Below are positions 1-11,982 of a DNA stretch of 64,000 nt, piece after piece. How positions within the stretch are numbered: position 1 is the stretch's first letter; the number at the start of each line of letters is the position of its first letter. The notes below the pieces were generated by a model. That model was not told where the DNA came from. It made no database searches and saw only the letters and a program-made list of their open reading frames with translations. Location of the stretch: the NCBI RefSeq assembly GCF_016433145.1, contig NC_058136.1, positions 926,141-990,140 of the forward strand, in the 5' to 3' direction. Origin of the DNA: Gracilinanus agilis. Lineage: Eukaryota. Both the position numbers and the translations under genes were made by a program.

Positions 1-183
1 TTGTATCTAATTAGGAAAAATGTTTTCTGTGTCCTGCTTTGAAGGCTTAGAGACTTTGCTTTATATTTTTCAGAGGGAATATGGAATCAGTGGCCTTGAC
101 AAGTCATACTGTGTGCCAGGTGGTATCCTTATGCCTCCATATACTCTATGAGAATTTTCTCTGGCCTCCATCGCTCTGACCCC

Positions 184-253
184 TGGTGATGGTGTCTGGT
201 GCAGTGGATGACCTTGATATCTTCAATGTGTCTGACCAGGCACTAAGAGCTCC
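184..253 (+). repeat. 70-bp copy of the RTE-related segment at 39885-39954 (mirror 39168-39237 on minus)
   Basis: 69/70 identical to 39885-39954; the single mismatch is 226 A vs 39927 G. Flanks are unrelated to the donor flanks. Confidence 0.92.
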
Positions 254-417
254 TTACCCATAGAATTTCTCTTAAGTCTCTGATCAGATCTGCTTCTTGT
301 CCCCATAATTTATTAATCCTGAATGTCAGAATTCTTAGTCTTTGTGGTTTTGATGGTATTTGTCCTTCAATCAGTCTTTTACTAGTGGCTTCCCAGAGGC
401 TTTCTGCATTCTCTAGA

Positions 418-620
418 GGCAACTTGGTGGCATAGTGGATAGAAGTCTGGAGTCAGGAAGACCTGAATTAAAAATCTTGCTTCAGATATTTACAAGCTGT
501 GTAATTCTGGACAAATCACTTAACAAATCACTTAACTTCAGTTTTTTTCAATCTACAGAATGGGGTTAATAGTAGCATTTTCTTCCAATGGCTCTTTTGA
601 GGATAAAATGAGATCTTATG
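418..620 (+). mobile_element. MIR/CORE-type SINE, old (mirror 38801-39003)
   Basis: tRNA-like head ggcaacttggtggcatagtggatag, CORE-like gctgtg...aaatcacttaac, tail gaggataaaatgag; internal 12-bp tandem duplication caaatcacttaa x2. Confidence 0.75.
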
Positions 621-1319
621 CATTACATACTAGTGAAGTAGAGTTACTATAAAAGTAACTCTAGTGGCTGCTTTTGAAAATACACAAATAATTCAGATAA
701 GCATTAAGGAAATTAAGGCTTGAAGAAAAGCACATGTGATTTCATTGGAAAATGTGAAGAGAGGAATGGATCTGCCAGAGACTCTTCTCTAAATTTAAAT
801 TTAATCTCAAGTGAAAAAGAAAAAAAAGAAAACAAAAGGAACCCTTCATGCCTTTCTAAGTAGGTAGTCAGTTCATAAGATCTGACAGTTTGCTGAACCA
901 TGTCTTTTTTTTTTTTTTTTTTACTTTAGGACAAAAATCACAGAATTAGAAAATGAAAGAGCCTCGCTGGACTAAAGAGGCCTTGTCTCTGGCAAAGTAG
1001 TTCATATTTGTGGGTCAACATTTTACTAGAGGTCTCTTCTGCCCTTGCTCCAGGGTTAGATATCATTGAACCTAAAGTAAAACTGTTTTTCTCAGCCCTA
1101 GTCATTATGACATATTGTCACATTGAACAGTAACACCATTCCTCTTTGCCCCTGCAGGGAACCTTGCCTTTGTTTAAGTCCAAATTTATCAAATCTTCTG
1201 TATGATCCTTCCAGAATCATTGGATGATGAGTTGAATGATTGATTCAACCAACAATTAGTTTACATTCTATGCAAGGCTCCCTGTCAGACAAAGAGGAAT
1301 ATAAAACCAAATGGGAGAT

Positions 1320-1540
1320 AGTATTGCATAGAGGAAAGAATTCTGACCTTGGTGTCAAGAGACCTTCATTTGAATCTCATCTCAGGTGATTGCTAGATTT
1401 GTGACCAGAGAAAAGTCACTTAATTCTTGCCAACCTCATTTTCAACTCTAAAATGGCAAAAATACTTGTACTATACAGTGTTCATAGTGTTGTGAGGAAA
1501 CAGATTTTGAAACCTTAAATCCATTTATAAATTATTACTA
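1320..1540 (+). mobile_element. MIR/MIR3-type SINE (mirror 37881-38101)
   Basis: Degenerate CORE (gtgacc...aagtcacttaa...ctcattttc) and MIR-like 3' end gttgtgaggaaa...ccttaaa. Confidence 0.65.
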
Positions 1541-1799
1541 ATCTCTCATCTCAAGTAGCTTATGACCCGATAGAAGAGATAAGATGTTCAACAAACATTT
1601 TATTCATTCGATAAACATTTATTTAAAAAGGAAGATTTTCAAGGCTAGGCACTAGGGGCTCAAAGATAGATAATGATTCAAAAGCTCTGCTGTCCAGAAA
1701 ATTAGTGTCAAAATAGGCTAACTTGGGACACTGACAGACTGGAGCATGTTCAGGGAGGTGCAAACAGGATTGGATATGGATCATTTCATACAGAGATGG

Positions 1800-2058
1800 T
1801 AGGCAGTTAGGTGACACAGTAACCAGTACCAGACCAGGAGTAAGGAAGACATCTTCCTGAATTCAACTCTGACTTTGGATACTAGCTGTATGATTCTGGG
1901 CAAGTCACTTGACCTTGTTTGCCTCAGTTTCCTCATCCATAAAATGTGTTGGAGAAGGAAATGGTGAACTTATCCAGTACCCTTTTCAAGAAAAACTCAA
2001 ATGGGGTCACAATAAGTTGGACATGACTGGAAAATGATTGAATAGCAGCAACAACAAA
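1800..2058 (+). mobile_element. MAR1-like marsupial CORE-SINE with RTE-derived tail (mirror 37363-37621)
   Basis: CORE ctgggcaagtcacttgacc...gcctcagtttcctc followed by gagaaggaaatgg...ccagtac...aagaaaa...caaatggggtcac...ggacatgactg and a caacaa tail. Confidence 0.85.
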
Positions 2059-2064
2059 TGTAAA

Positions 2065-2458
2065 GATGGTCAGAAAGAACTGGCAATATTTAATCTGGCA
2101 AGACAAAACTTTGGGGAACCTGATTGAGCATCTGAAGCATTGCCATGTCAAAATATCTGTAGAATTGTTTGCTTGACTTCAGAGGACAGAATTAGGAGCA
2201 GGAGTGAATGCTGAAGAGAAATAGATTCAGCTTGATATGAGAAGCAAACACCTACTCCCAAATCTCTTCTGATCAGTTAGAGCTGTGCAACAGTGAAATA
2301 GGTCACCTTAAGAGGTAATGGATTCTATCTACTTTACTGGAAATCACCAAGAGGAGACAAGTGACTATTTCAGAGGTATTGTGGAAGGGATTACTACTGT
2401 CCAGGTACAGATCACATTAGATAATATTAAAGGTCCTGTCCATGTCTGTGATTTTTGA
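2065..2458 (+). mobile_element. CR1/L3 LINE 3' fragment (mirror 36963-37356)
   Basis: Resembles the CR1 3' region (...gaggacagaattagga...gattcagcttgatat...ttagagctgtgcaacagtg...aaggtcc...ctgtgatt). Confidence 0.7.
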
Positions 2459-2551
2459 AAATCTATTGTTACGGAGGCAAAAGAACATAAGGAGTTAGCC
2501 AAATGAAAGAAAAGCTTAAGCCTTGGTATAACCAAAGCTATAGTTCTAGAT

Positions 2552-2790
2552 TAGTGGTCCTCAAACTTTTGGGCCTCAGGACTCTTATACATTCATAAAA
2601 GACACTTTCAAGGGGTCCATATGGTCAAAAGTATTTTCAAAACAGCACTAAGACCTTTTAAGTTCTAATTAACTAAACCTCAGCAGATATTTGCATAAAT
2701 AAAAATCATTGGGGTTGGGGATACCAGTCAGTTGTGGAGCCTTACATTTCAAGGAACCCTCCCAGGGAGTCCATTGAGAAACTGGACTGT
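2552..2790. mobile_element. Old hAT-Charlie-like non-autonomous DNA transposon fragment (mirror 36631-36869)
   Basis: Starts tagtggtcctcaaacttttgggcctcagg after ttctagat (hAT-like TIR and CTAG target); the right end is degenerate. Confidence 0.5.
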
Positions 2791-3189
2791 CCATTTCTAA
2801 TGACAAAAGTCACCCTTTCCAATTAACTCAGTAAGCACTTACGAAGAGCTTATATTCAAGACATTGGGTTCAATGCTGAAGATAGAGAAGTAAAAAAAAA
2901 AAGGAAATTACCTTTTCTTTCTAAGAACATATTCTTCTGAAGGAGAAAAGAGAGTTGATTGTACCATCTTGAAATTTCAGAGTTTTGTCTTTATTTGCCT
3001 ATTGTGTGAAAGATATTACAGGTCACTACTGTTGGGTTGGAGGCATACCAATATGAATAAGAAAGTCATTAATCGTGGATTTGAGCTGGAAGGGAACTTA
3101 GGGTTCATCCATTTCAAAGCACTAATTTTATAGATGAAGAAACTGAAGTCTGATGAGATTAAGTGACTTTCCCAAGGTGACACAACTAT

Positions 3190-4030
3190 TGTCTCTGTCC
3201 TCAGGGAGCTTACAAACTAGGCATGCAAAAAGCTATACTGTGGTTATTACACAAAGTAAGCCATTTCTATATTTTTAAGAGTACAATGTGAAAATATCAT
3301 GGGAAATATCTAAAAATGTACCAAAAGAGATCAGAGGAGGGAAACTGGTGGGAGAGATGGATATGGGGAGGCTTCATGGAAGAGGTGATACCTAAGCTGA
3401 GCCTTAATTGGTTGGAATTGACCAGGCAAAGATCAGGTAGCGTGGCCAGGGAGTCTTCCACTTGGAGGGAACATGTGAGCAAATGAATAGCACGTAGGTT
3501 AGTTTGGTTGTTTTGAATTATCGAAGGGGAGAAGACTAATGGGATGGAGAGATTGGGGTCACATTACAAAGGAGGTCATTTGCAAAGCTGCAAATCTGGG
3601 GAGAAATTTATACGTTTATCTATAGACAATAGGAGGTCACTGTAGCTTTTTGAGCAAAAAGGTGACATAAGATCTAGCAGAATTTAAGGAAGATGAACAT
3701 AGTAGTGCTTTGTAGAATGAATAGAAATAAGAAAAGTATGGATGCAGTAAATCAGTTTGGAGACTTTTTCAGCTATCCAGGTAAGAAGGTATTGAAGCCT
3801 TGAACCAGGGCTATGGCCATGGAAAAAGAGGGGAAGGGTTGGTTGGAAGGAATATCATGTGGGTAGAATTTAGTTGTTGCTGGTGGGGAACACAGTGGTG
3901 GAAGGCTGTAGTGGGAAGGGTAGATTGAAGCGGGGGCTGGGAGTAGAAAGAAATAGCTTAAAGATTAGGTGACTGGAAATTTAGTGGTACCTGGAACAGA
4001 TATGTTTTAGGGAAATGAAGAGAAAGTTTT
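3190..4030 (-). mobile_element. L2 LINE fragment, antisense (mirror 35391-36231)
   Basis: Purine-rich, L2-like antisense motifs (ggcttcatggaagaggtga...gctgagcctt...ggaggtcactgtagctttttgagcaaaaaggtgacat...). Confidence 0.7.
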
Positions 4031-4856
4031 CAAGTTTTCTTAAAATGAGGCACGCCCTACCAGGGACTAGTTAGTGCAGTATTTGCCAAGAAAGTAATTC
4101 TCAGTAATCAAACCTTCTATTTTCTTTTTAAAATGACTCTTCTGTCCCTTGTACCCCAGCCAGGAAACAAAGGGGAAATACAGAGTCTCCCCGATATTTT
4201 GTTTGGAGTGAGAAAAGTCCAAAATTACATTGTCGATAAGCGAAAGACACAGGAGTGAAAACCACCCACAAGCCTCAGCAATGAAGTCACTCAGACCCTT
4301 CCTCACCTTGAAGCCAAAAGAATTCCCTTCCTTCCTTCCCCCCCAGCCCCCTTCATTTTTGACAACCTCCTCAAGTCTTCTGTTGGAAAAAAGGAACAGG
4401 TCCCCTTCGATTAAGCTGTGTGAGAACCATGGACTTGGTCAGCCAGAATCCTTTGCCTGTAGTTGTCAACAAAGGCTTGTTTTACTAGGAACAATGACTA
4501 CGCAGGTTTGGGGAGAGTGTTGTGTGCAAAAGATTTAATCAGTAAGCAGCTTGAGCCATACTCAAAATCTCTTTTACATAGTTATTTTGCTGTTTAGGGG
4601 CTATTGTGTTTCTGTCAGTTGGCACCGTCTGAAAAAGGAATTCATCAGTATGCTGGGATGCTTCTAACATAGAAAGCTTGACTCAGTCTTTTTTTTAAAG
4701 TTCTCTTTAATCAGTTTCCACCAGTTTACAGCCCAGTTATTATTGCTGTTTAAGTACAGAAAAGTGATTAAATGATAATGATCTTGGTGCCTGTCCAAGA
4801 TGACAGATTTTTTTCCCCCTGCTTCAGAAATATTGCAGTATCCTGATCATGGTGTT

Positions 4857-4858
<2 letters not shown>

Positions 4859-4892
<34 letters not shown>
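4859..4892 (+). repeat. (AC)17 microsatellite; the mirror at 34531-34562 is (GT)16
   Basis: Counted directly: 34 nt on the left, 32 nt on the right. Confidence 0.95.
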
Positions 4893-4896
<4 letters not shown>

Positions 4897-6487
4897 CTTA
4901 ATCACACAGAAACTAGAAATGAGGGCTCCTGGCAATTGGGAGAGGTATACAGCTAGAGCCAATAGGACTAACTGGGGAGAATTCTTCTGTTGGATTTGGC
5001 TCTTATCAAAAGGGTTTAGTACAAGAAATTCCCTTAGCCTAATTCTTGCAGGGTTTTAATGACCAAGTAAAAGCTGTTGGAAACTAGGAATGGGGGTGGG
5101 GGAATAAGTGGTGGAAAACAAAGTTGGCCTTGAGGCTTAATGCCTCCTTAGTGTGTGGAAGCCCCCTTCATTTGGGGATTGTCCATTCCTATTTTCAAAT
5201 TCTATTGCTAAATACTCTCTCTCCAGTCCATACTTCTGTGTTGTTAAAGGTTAGAAAAGGTGAGTGTGTGAGATAAATCTTTAGGACACTCCTCATATTC
5301 ATTCCAAGTATTTTACTTTATGGTGGACTACAGGGAGATCTAATTAACACATCCACTGGGAACAAAACTTATTTTTAACAGAGTCAGTTTGTGTGTGGAC
5401 AGGGTTGTGGGAACTTCCTGTCTCTTCGGAACCAGGCTGGGAAGAGAGGTGAGGAGGCAGTGGCACTGTCTCAGGTAGGAGCCTCTCTGGAGAAGGAAGG
5501 CAAGCCCTGAAATGATCATGTGCATTCATTCTTGCCTGCACATTGCTGGGAAGGGATGGAGAATCCTTGGGGAGACAAAGAAGCATCATAGTCCTGAAGA
5601 AGGAGAGGCACTATATTTGAAGACAGAGGACAAGGATTTAACAGCTGGTTGTGTTTCTTACTACCTATGCGGCATTGGGCCAAATACTTCCTTGGGTCCT
5701 TCGTTCCTCATTAACAAAATGACCATTGAAGTAGATGGCCTCCTCCAAGGCCATTCCCATATGAAATCTATGATCTTATGATCTTAGGCTATATAGGAAG
5801 TGTATTTCTCTTGCAATATAGAGAGTGATAATGGGAGAGAAGGAATGTATCCCCAAAGATACTCTTATTCCTACCTTTGATAAATAAAGTTACTGGCAAG
5901 AAAAGTAAAAAGAGTGGAAGCCATTCCTGTAATGGAGACTTTCAGTAGGGAAGGTTCTATCCCGATAACTCACATTTTTATAGATCTTTTAAGGTTTATA
6001 AAGCACCTTCTGCTCAATATCTCTGTTAGTTGGGTAGTACAGGGATATATCAATTATCCCCATTTTAAGGATGAGGAAACTGAGACTCTGATAAGTTGGG
6101 AGCTGCCCAAGGTTAATTTTTAATAAGTCCCAGTGTGGAGATTGAACCCAAGTACTCTGAGTCTAGGTCTAGCATGCTTTCCATAATGCAACTCTGCTTC
6201 TCCATAGAGATTATTGATTAATTAGCCAAGAGAAAAACATTAATCAATATATTACTAATTTAAAAATTAATTAATATTCCAGGCACTGTGCTAAATATTA
6301 GGATATCAAGAAAGGCAATAATAACCCCTGCCCTCAAGGAGTTTACATTATAATCGGGGAAGGAGACAACAGGTAAATAAATCATTACAGATAAGAGAAA
6401 TACAGTCAGCTGGTACACTGTGTACAAGAAACTGGAAACTAATATCTGCAGGGAAGAGAGGCAGAATGTATTTCTTTTTTCTTTTTA

Positions 6488-6683
6488 TTAAAAAAAAAAA
6501 ACCTTACCTTTTGCCTTGGAATCAGTACTATATATTGGATCCAAGGCAGAAGAGTGGTAAGGGTGATGGGGGGGGGGGTTAAGTGACTTGCCCAGGGTCA
6601 CATAGCTAGGAAGTGTCTGAGGCCAGATTTGTATCAGGACCTCTAGGCCTGGCTCTCAATCCACTCAGCTACCCAGCTGCCCC
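6488..6683 (-). mobile_element. SINE1_Mdo-like opossum SINE (mirror 32740-32935)
   Basis: Antisense copy of ggggcagctgggtagctgagtggattgagagccaggcctagag...gacacttcctagct...gggcaagtcacttaaccc...ccactcttctgccttgg...ggtaagg. Confidence 0.9.
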
Positions 6684-7022
6684 TTCTAAAAGTCTTTCTT
6701 GACAAATTCAGTCACAAATTTTTCTTCTCTTGATATTGTTTCAAAATGTTTCTCTTCCTTGTTACCAGCCCCCAATTCTCACTGAATCTTGTAGAATTTA
6801 GTAATTATAAATCATTAAATAAGTCAAGTGATGTGAAGATGGGTCCATCTAATATTTGAAGTTTATTTTGTTTGACCAAGTGTTGTATAGACAACTATTA
6901 CTTCCAAACTTACTTGAAGAATCAGTGATGGTGTTGGAGGAGGTCACTCTTCACTTGTGCAAACGGCAACCCTTCCATTCTTTAGCAGATAGTCCTGGAG
7001 ATTTACTGTTATAAAAAAAGAA

Positions 7023-7225
7023 GGGGCAGCTGGGTAGCTCAGTGTATTGAGAACCAGGCCTAGAGATGGGTGGTCCTAGGTTCAAATCTGGCCTCAGACA
7101 CTTCCTAGCTGTGTGACCCTGGGCAAGTCACTTGATCCTATTGCCTACTCTTACCACTCTTCTGCCTTGGAGTCAATCTACAGTATTGACTCCAAGATGG
7201 AAGGTAAGGGTTTAAAAAAATAATT
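7023..7225 (+). mobile_element. SINE1_Mdo-like SINE with target-site duplication (mirror 32198-32400)
   Basis: Full-length head to tail (ggggcagctgggtagctcagtg...ggaaggtaagggtttaaaaaaa); aaaaaaagaag flanks it at 7013-7023 and 7226-7236. Confidence 0.93.
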
Positions 7226-7301
7226 AAAAAAAGAAGAGGAAGAATGCATCATATGTAGAGAGCCTTGACAAACCTTTAAAGTGCCATATAAATGCTAGAT
7301 G

Positions 7302-7302
<1 letters not shown>

Positions 7303-7346
<44 letters not shown>
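7303..7346 (+). repeat. (ATT)n microsatellite, probably an expanded tail of a MIR-like 3' end (mirror 32077-32120)
   Basis: Direct; follows aaagtgccatataaatgctag. It explains the poly-Tyr ORF. Confidence 0.95.
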
Positions 7347-7352
<6 letters not shown>

Positions 7353-8134
7353 CTCTGGTCATGAACTTAATTAAGCTGGGTCTTTTGAAAGATAGGTGTA
7401 TTCTGTTGCTGGTTCTGCACCTAAAGCCCAAAGTTTCTGTTCTGCTGGATAGTCTTCAAAGCCTTGTGATCACTTCCACATTGCAGTGAGGCACTGAAGA
7501 AGGACATTAAATCAATATAGCCCAACTCAACAAGCATCTATTAAGTCCCTACTGAATGTCTGATGATGTACTGGGTAATCTACATCATAAGAGGAATTAA
7601 AGATTAATAAAGAATTAAAGGTGAAAATAATACATTTTCCCCATCATTTCTATCAGCTTTAAAAATAAATCCTGTCAAGACTAGAATTATTTTAAAAATT
7701 GGTGCTACTAATTAATATAAGATCATGGAACTTTATAAAGACTCTTAGAATCATGTAACCATGGAAAAATTTTCTAATAAAAATAAAATAAAGGATGAAT
7801 TTTACAAATAGAAAAAAATAAAGACTCTTAGAGAATAGCTAGTGTATTTTCCAGTCCTTCATTTAACAAAGAGGGAAACTGAGGCCAAGAGAGGGAAAGT
7901 GATTTTTCCAAGGCTATCTTGCTTATAAGTAGTTGAACCATAATTTGCATCCAGAGCCTCTCATTGTAAATTCTGTTTTGTTTTTTTTTCAACTGCATGA
8001 CCTCATAGTGAGGTTGTTGTATGAAGGAAAACCATTGTATTTATCATTCATTTTGTTGTGGGCTGAGGGTAGCCTAGAGTAAAGAAGAATGACCAAAAGG
8101 TCCCCTGCTCCAAACTATTTTACTCAATACATTC

Positions 8135-8250
8135 TCAGTGGTTAGATTGCAAGCTCTTTGAGGGCTGGAACTGTCTTTTGCCTCTTTCTGTATCTCTAGC
8201 ATTTAGCATAGAACCTGGCACATAGTAGGTGCTTAATAAATCTTTTTTTA
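8135..8250 (+). mobile_element. L2 3' end (mirror 31173-31288); a similar fragment lies at ~10735-10800
   Basis: Canonical L2 terminus: gattgcaagctctttgagggc...tagcatttagca...cctggcacatagtaggtgcttaataaat. Confidence 0.88.
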
Positions 8251-9234
8251 TTGGATTGGATATTCATTTTGATTAACAAGTGAATTATAGGTTCTCTGGG
8301 TACTCGCTGGGAGAGACTATGATGGCAATGGGAAACAGGGCTTTAATCATACTTTAATAAGGCACTGAGGACATGAGGGCAAATAGCACAGAAAGAACAT
8401 AGACATGTGGCAAAATGGGTAAAGAAGCAGATGATTTCGAGGCAGGGGATAGGATGGTAAGGCAAAGGCAGGCAACATGAGGAAGAGGATAAGGAGGGGA
8501 GAGGCAGAGAATATCACTCATATATCCATGTATTAAAGTTGGAAACACTAGACAGCATGGGCCTGATGAAGATGGAAGAGTCTTTGGGGGAGGGCTGGTT
8601 TCTGAAGCCTTATTTACATAGGCTTTGGAGGGGAATAGATTCATGCCCTCTGGGGGTTAGTTCATTAACATATCCAAATCATTTCAAAGTTGTCAGTAAA
8701 ATGTTAACCTCAACATGTTTGCATGATCTCGAAATCATCAAAGCCATTTGGCGATCTGCTGGTCTTTATTGTGGAGGTCTGGAATTTGTCTGGAATTTAC
8801 ATATCATAGGATCAAAAGGTGCTGACAGCAAAGTTATAGTTCCCTAGATTCCACATATATTATCAGGATGTGATTTTTGGTTAATATGTTATATAATTTG
8901 TAAATTATGCTCCTTTGAGATGGTTCACATGAGGCTTCAGGGTTCTCCTTTGCATTCTTACTTCCTATTATTATTCCTTTATACTGACTAGTTAGGAACT
9001 TTATTCTGACTACAAGGGAGGGGATGGTCAGGGGAAGCAGAACAATATACAAATTTAACACAACAAAGCTATTCATAATCCATCTGCTTAAGCAAATGAC
9101 AACTAGTTGAAATCTTTCTTCTTGAATATGAGTGGAATATTAGGGAAGAGAGAAGAGGAGAGATAAAAGAAGAAAGATAAAGAAGAAATCTGAGTCAACT
9201 TAATTCAGATTCCAACTCCTTTTTTTATATTAAT

Positions 9235-9460
9235 CATGATAAATAACTCACATTTCAGTAGTGCTTGGAAGTTTACAAAGAAAGCACACAATGATCTTTT
9301 GCTGTAGTGGTGTTATTATTTCTCATTCTACAGATGTGGAAACTGAGGCACAGGGAGATTACATGACTTTACTAAGGCACAGAATTATTAAATGTTATAA
9401 CCCATGCTTTGAACCAAGATCTCTAGCTCCAAAATCCAGTTTTCTTTCCATTATTACATA
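9235..9460 (-). mobile_element. MIR-type SINE (mirror 29963-30188)
   Basis: Antisense CORE attctacagatgtggaaactgaggcacagggag...tttgaaccaagatct. Confidence 0.75.
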
Positions 9461-10428
9461 GTTGCCCAGTTCATCAATCTGTGGGCTCCCAGAAGACCTT
9501 TCACTCTGGGTTTTCTATAATTAAGTAAGGTACTCTTACTGCAGCAGTTCTGAAAATAGAGGATCTGATTTCCTCTTGTGGTTATCTTGATTGGACAAAG
9601 TTTGGAATAAGCCTCTTAGTCCTACCTTGAATGTAGGATGTCAACCTCAACTAACGTTTAAAAAGAATAATATTAGGAAAGAAGCAAGTTTCCAGAATTT
9701 CTCCTCAAAAACCAGTTTTCAAAGGATGTGACATTTGATATGATAGAACCATGAGTATAAACTTCCTCTTTAGCTTTTAGATGTGTCCTTGTAAAATAGC
9801 TGAATAATCCTCATGAACCAATTTTTCTTTCTTTCTTTTTTTTTTAATGACATTATTTTGGGTCAGGAGGCAATTTTTCTTTATACCAAGGTTGGAATTT
9901 CTAAAACAATAACAAAAATATAAACAGTTTATTTTGTAAAAAACCAAGCAATTTCTAAATTAATAAACTACAATTCCAGAAACTATTCTTGCCCTGGACT
10001 TCTTAGGATGCTTCCGGGACTGTTGGATCATAAAAATGCCCCACTGCTTCTTGTGTTCACTATAAGTTTCAAGTAGCCCATAGTGGAATAAACTGGTTGG
10101 CATTTTATCTGAGCTCAAAGCCTGAACTTTGCCTAATGACTTGCATTAGGGTTTATTTTAAGACACCCAAAAGACTGAATTCATCAGCCACATGCAAATC
10201 TCACTAGCTATTGAGCTGAACTTTAAATAGAGTATTTATTTCATCATTATCTTCTTAGAGACTTTTTCTTTGCCCCTGTGATCTTAGAGGAAAGGGATTC
10301 TTTTCCTTCTCTTTCTGTCTTTTTGGGAAACATATTTTTTGGGCTTTTGGCAACAACAGGATAAAGATCTACTGTAAGGAAATCAGCACACACAGACACA
10401 CAAAAATCCTTTCAGTTCTCTGTTTTCA

Positions 10429-10443
10429 GCAATAGGTGGCACC
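10429..10443 (+). promoter_or_regulatory. CTCF-like motif GCAATAGGTGGCACC in unique DNA (mirror 28980-28994, minus)
   Basis: Matches the CCASYAGRKGGCRS core at 12/14 positions. Motif only; no binding evidence. Confidence 0.3.
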
Positions 10444-11546
10444 AGCCATTTCTGTATTGATGCTGGATATAGACAGATACATCATCATTTTTATCATTTT
10501 TCATTTCATGCTGCTGTCTCTGTAAATGACTAAAAGCAAAGAAATGTCTTCCTGCAAATCTAGCTTCCTTCACATATATACATGCATGTCTGAAATCTGG
10601 TGAGAGGGACAGAATGGTGAACCATCTCTGTTGGAGACTTTATGTGGAGCCCTGCCTAAATGCTTGTGATATTCATGATCCCTTTTGACTCCATGATGCT
10701 CTGAACTTCCACTTCCCAAATTCCAGGGTGTTTGTAGTGTAGTGCCTTTAGCATTGTTCATGGTACATAGTAGGTGCTTAATAAATGTTTATTGATTGAC
10801 CAGTAGTGAACATTAGAGTTATTTTATTTAGTCAACAGACGTAGGCACTTAATTTAATTGCTCTGAGTTTCCTTATCTATATAAAGGGGATCATGCTATT
10901 TATACTACTTGCCTGGCAGGGTTTTTGTGGGAAAGGTGAAGTGATGAGTTTAGAAGCATGATGTGTGTTGTATTTCTTAAAAGATAAACATGTTTCCTTT
11001 GAGTCTAAATAGGGTAAGCACAAGAACCTGCAGAATAACTTCTGTCAATTGGATTCACATCTAGTTTAGAAGTTCTACTAGATGACCTCTGAAGTGACAT
11101 CCATTGCTAAGATTCTTTGATTCCAATGAACATTGGGAAGTAGGGGCATCTTTGGAAAAAAGCAAACAAACAACATACTATTATAAGCTCACCACAGCTC
11201 TTCCCACATTCAATATCCTTAGCTGTCAATACCTGAAAAATAAACAAAATTGTAAGGAAGAAGCATAGGCTAGCCAGTTGTGTGTGGATGGGAGGGAGCA
11301 ACCAAATCACTGAAACCACAGACTCCTTTAAGTACTGTTTCAGAGAGCAGAATTGAACTCTTTATAAGGGCACTCTTGCACTGACTGAACAAATATTTTG
11401 AAGTATATCTCCTATGAATTTGTTTGAAACTTTGATATATCAAGGATCAGATGTATGGCTCTTACATAAGTTATTTTTAGAGTGTATATAATCATAGTTT
11501 CAACTATTACCCATATGTGGGTGACTCATATCTTTGATCAGGTGTT

Positions 11547-11750
11547 CTTTTTTTTTAAATCCTTACCTTCCATCTTAGAATCAATACTAAGTATTGGTTT
11601 CAAGGCAGAAGAGAGGTAATGGCTAGGCAGTGAGGGTCAAGTGACTTGCCCAGGGTCACACAGCTAGGAAGTGTCTGAGGGCAGATTTGAACCCAGGACC
11701 TCCTGTCTCTGGGCTTGGCTCTAAATTCACTGAGTCACCCAGCTGTCACC
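11547..11750 (-). mobile_element. SINE1_Mdo-like SINE (mirror 27673-27876)
   Basis: Full antisense copy; tgatcaggt is duplicated at 11535-11543 and 11751-11759. Confidence 0.9.
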
Positions 11751-11754
11751 TGAT

Positions 11755-11975
11755 CAGGTCTACTTAACCTTTTTTTTTTTGTCATAGAAAAATTCTGAAA
11801 GCCCAATCAACCCTATACATTTCTTCACAGAATAATATTTTTAAATGCATATAATGAAAAGCTAAGGATTACTAAGAAAAAGTTATATTGAAGTATAATT
11901 ATTAAACTATTAAAAAAACAAAAAAATTCATATACTATCTAAAATCTGTCTGTGGATCTTGTGAAGGGCTCTTGC
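11755..11975 (+). mobile_element. Old hAT/MER-type non-autonomous element, same family as 40951-41130 (mirror 27448-27668)
   Basis: cttaacctttttt...cagaataatatttttaaatgcat...ggattac...tatattgaa...ttc core shared with the 40951 copy. Confidence 0.6.
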
Positions 11976-11982
11976 TCTGGAT

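Noticed and set aside
639-663. 10-bp perfect hairpin tagagttact-ataaa-agtaactcta with the arm-distinguishing SNP in its loop
   Set aside because: Short, AT-rich and expected by chance in 64 kb; no evidence of an RNA gene.
930-997. Strong acceptor followed by TKITELENERASLD* or MKEPRWTKEALSLAK
   Set aside because: The pyrimidine tract is a simple poly-T run, all frames stop within or just after the segment, the donor is weak and no protein is recognised.
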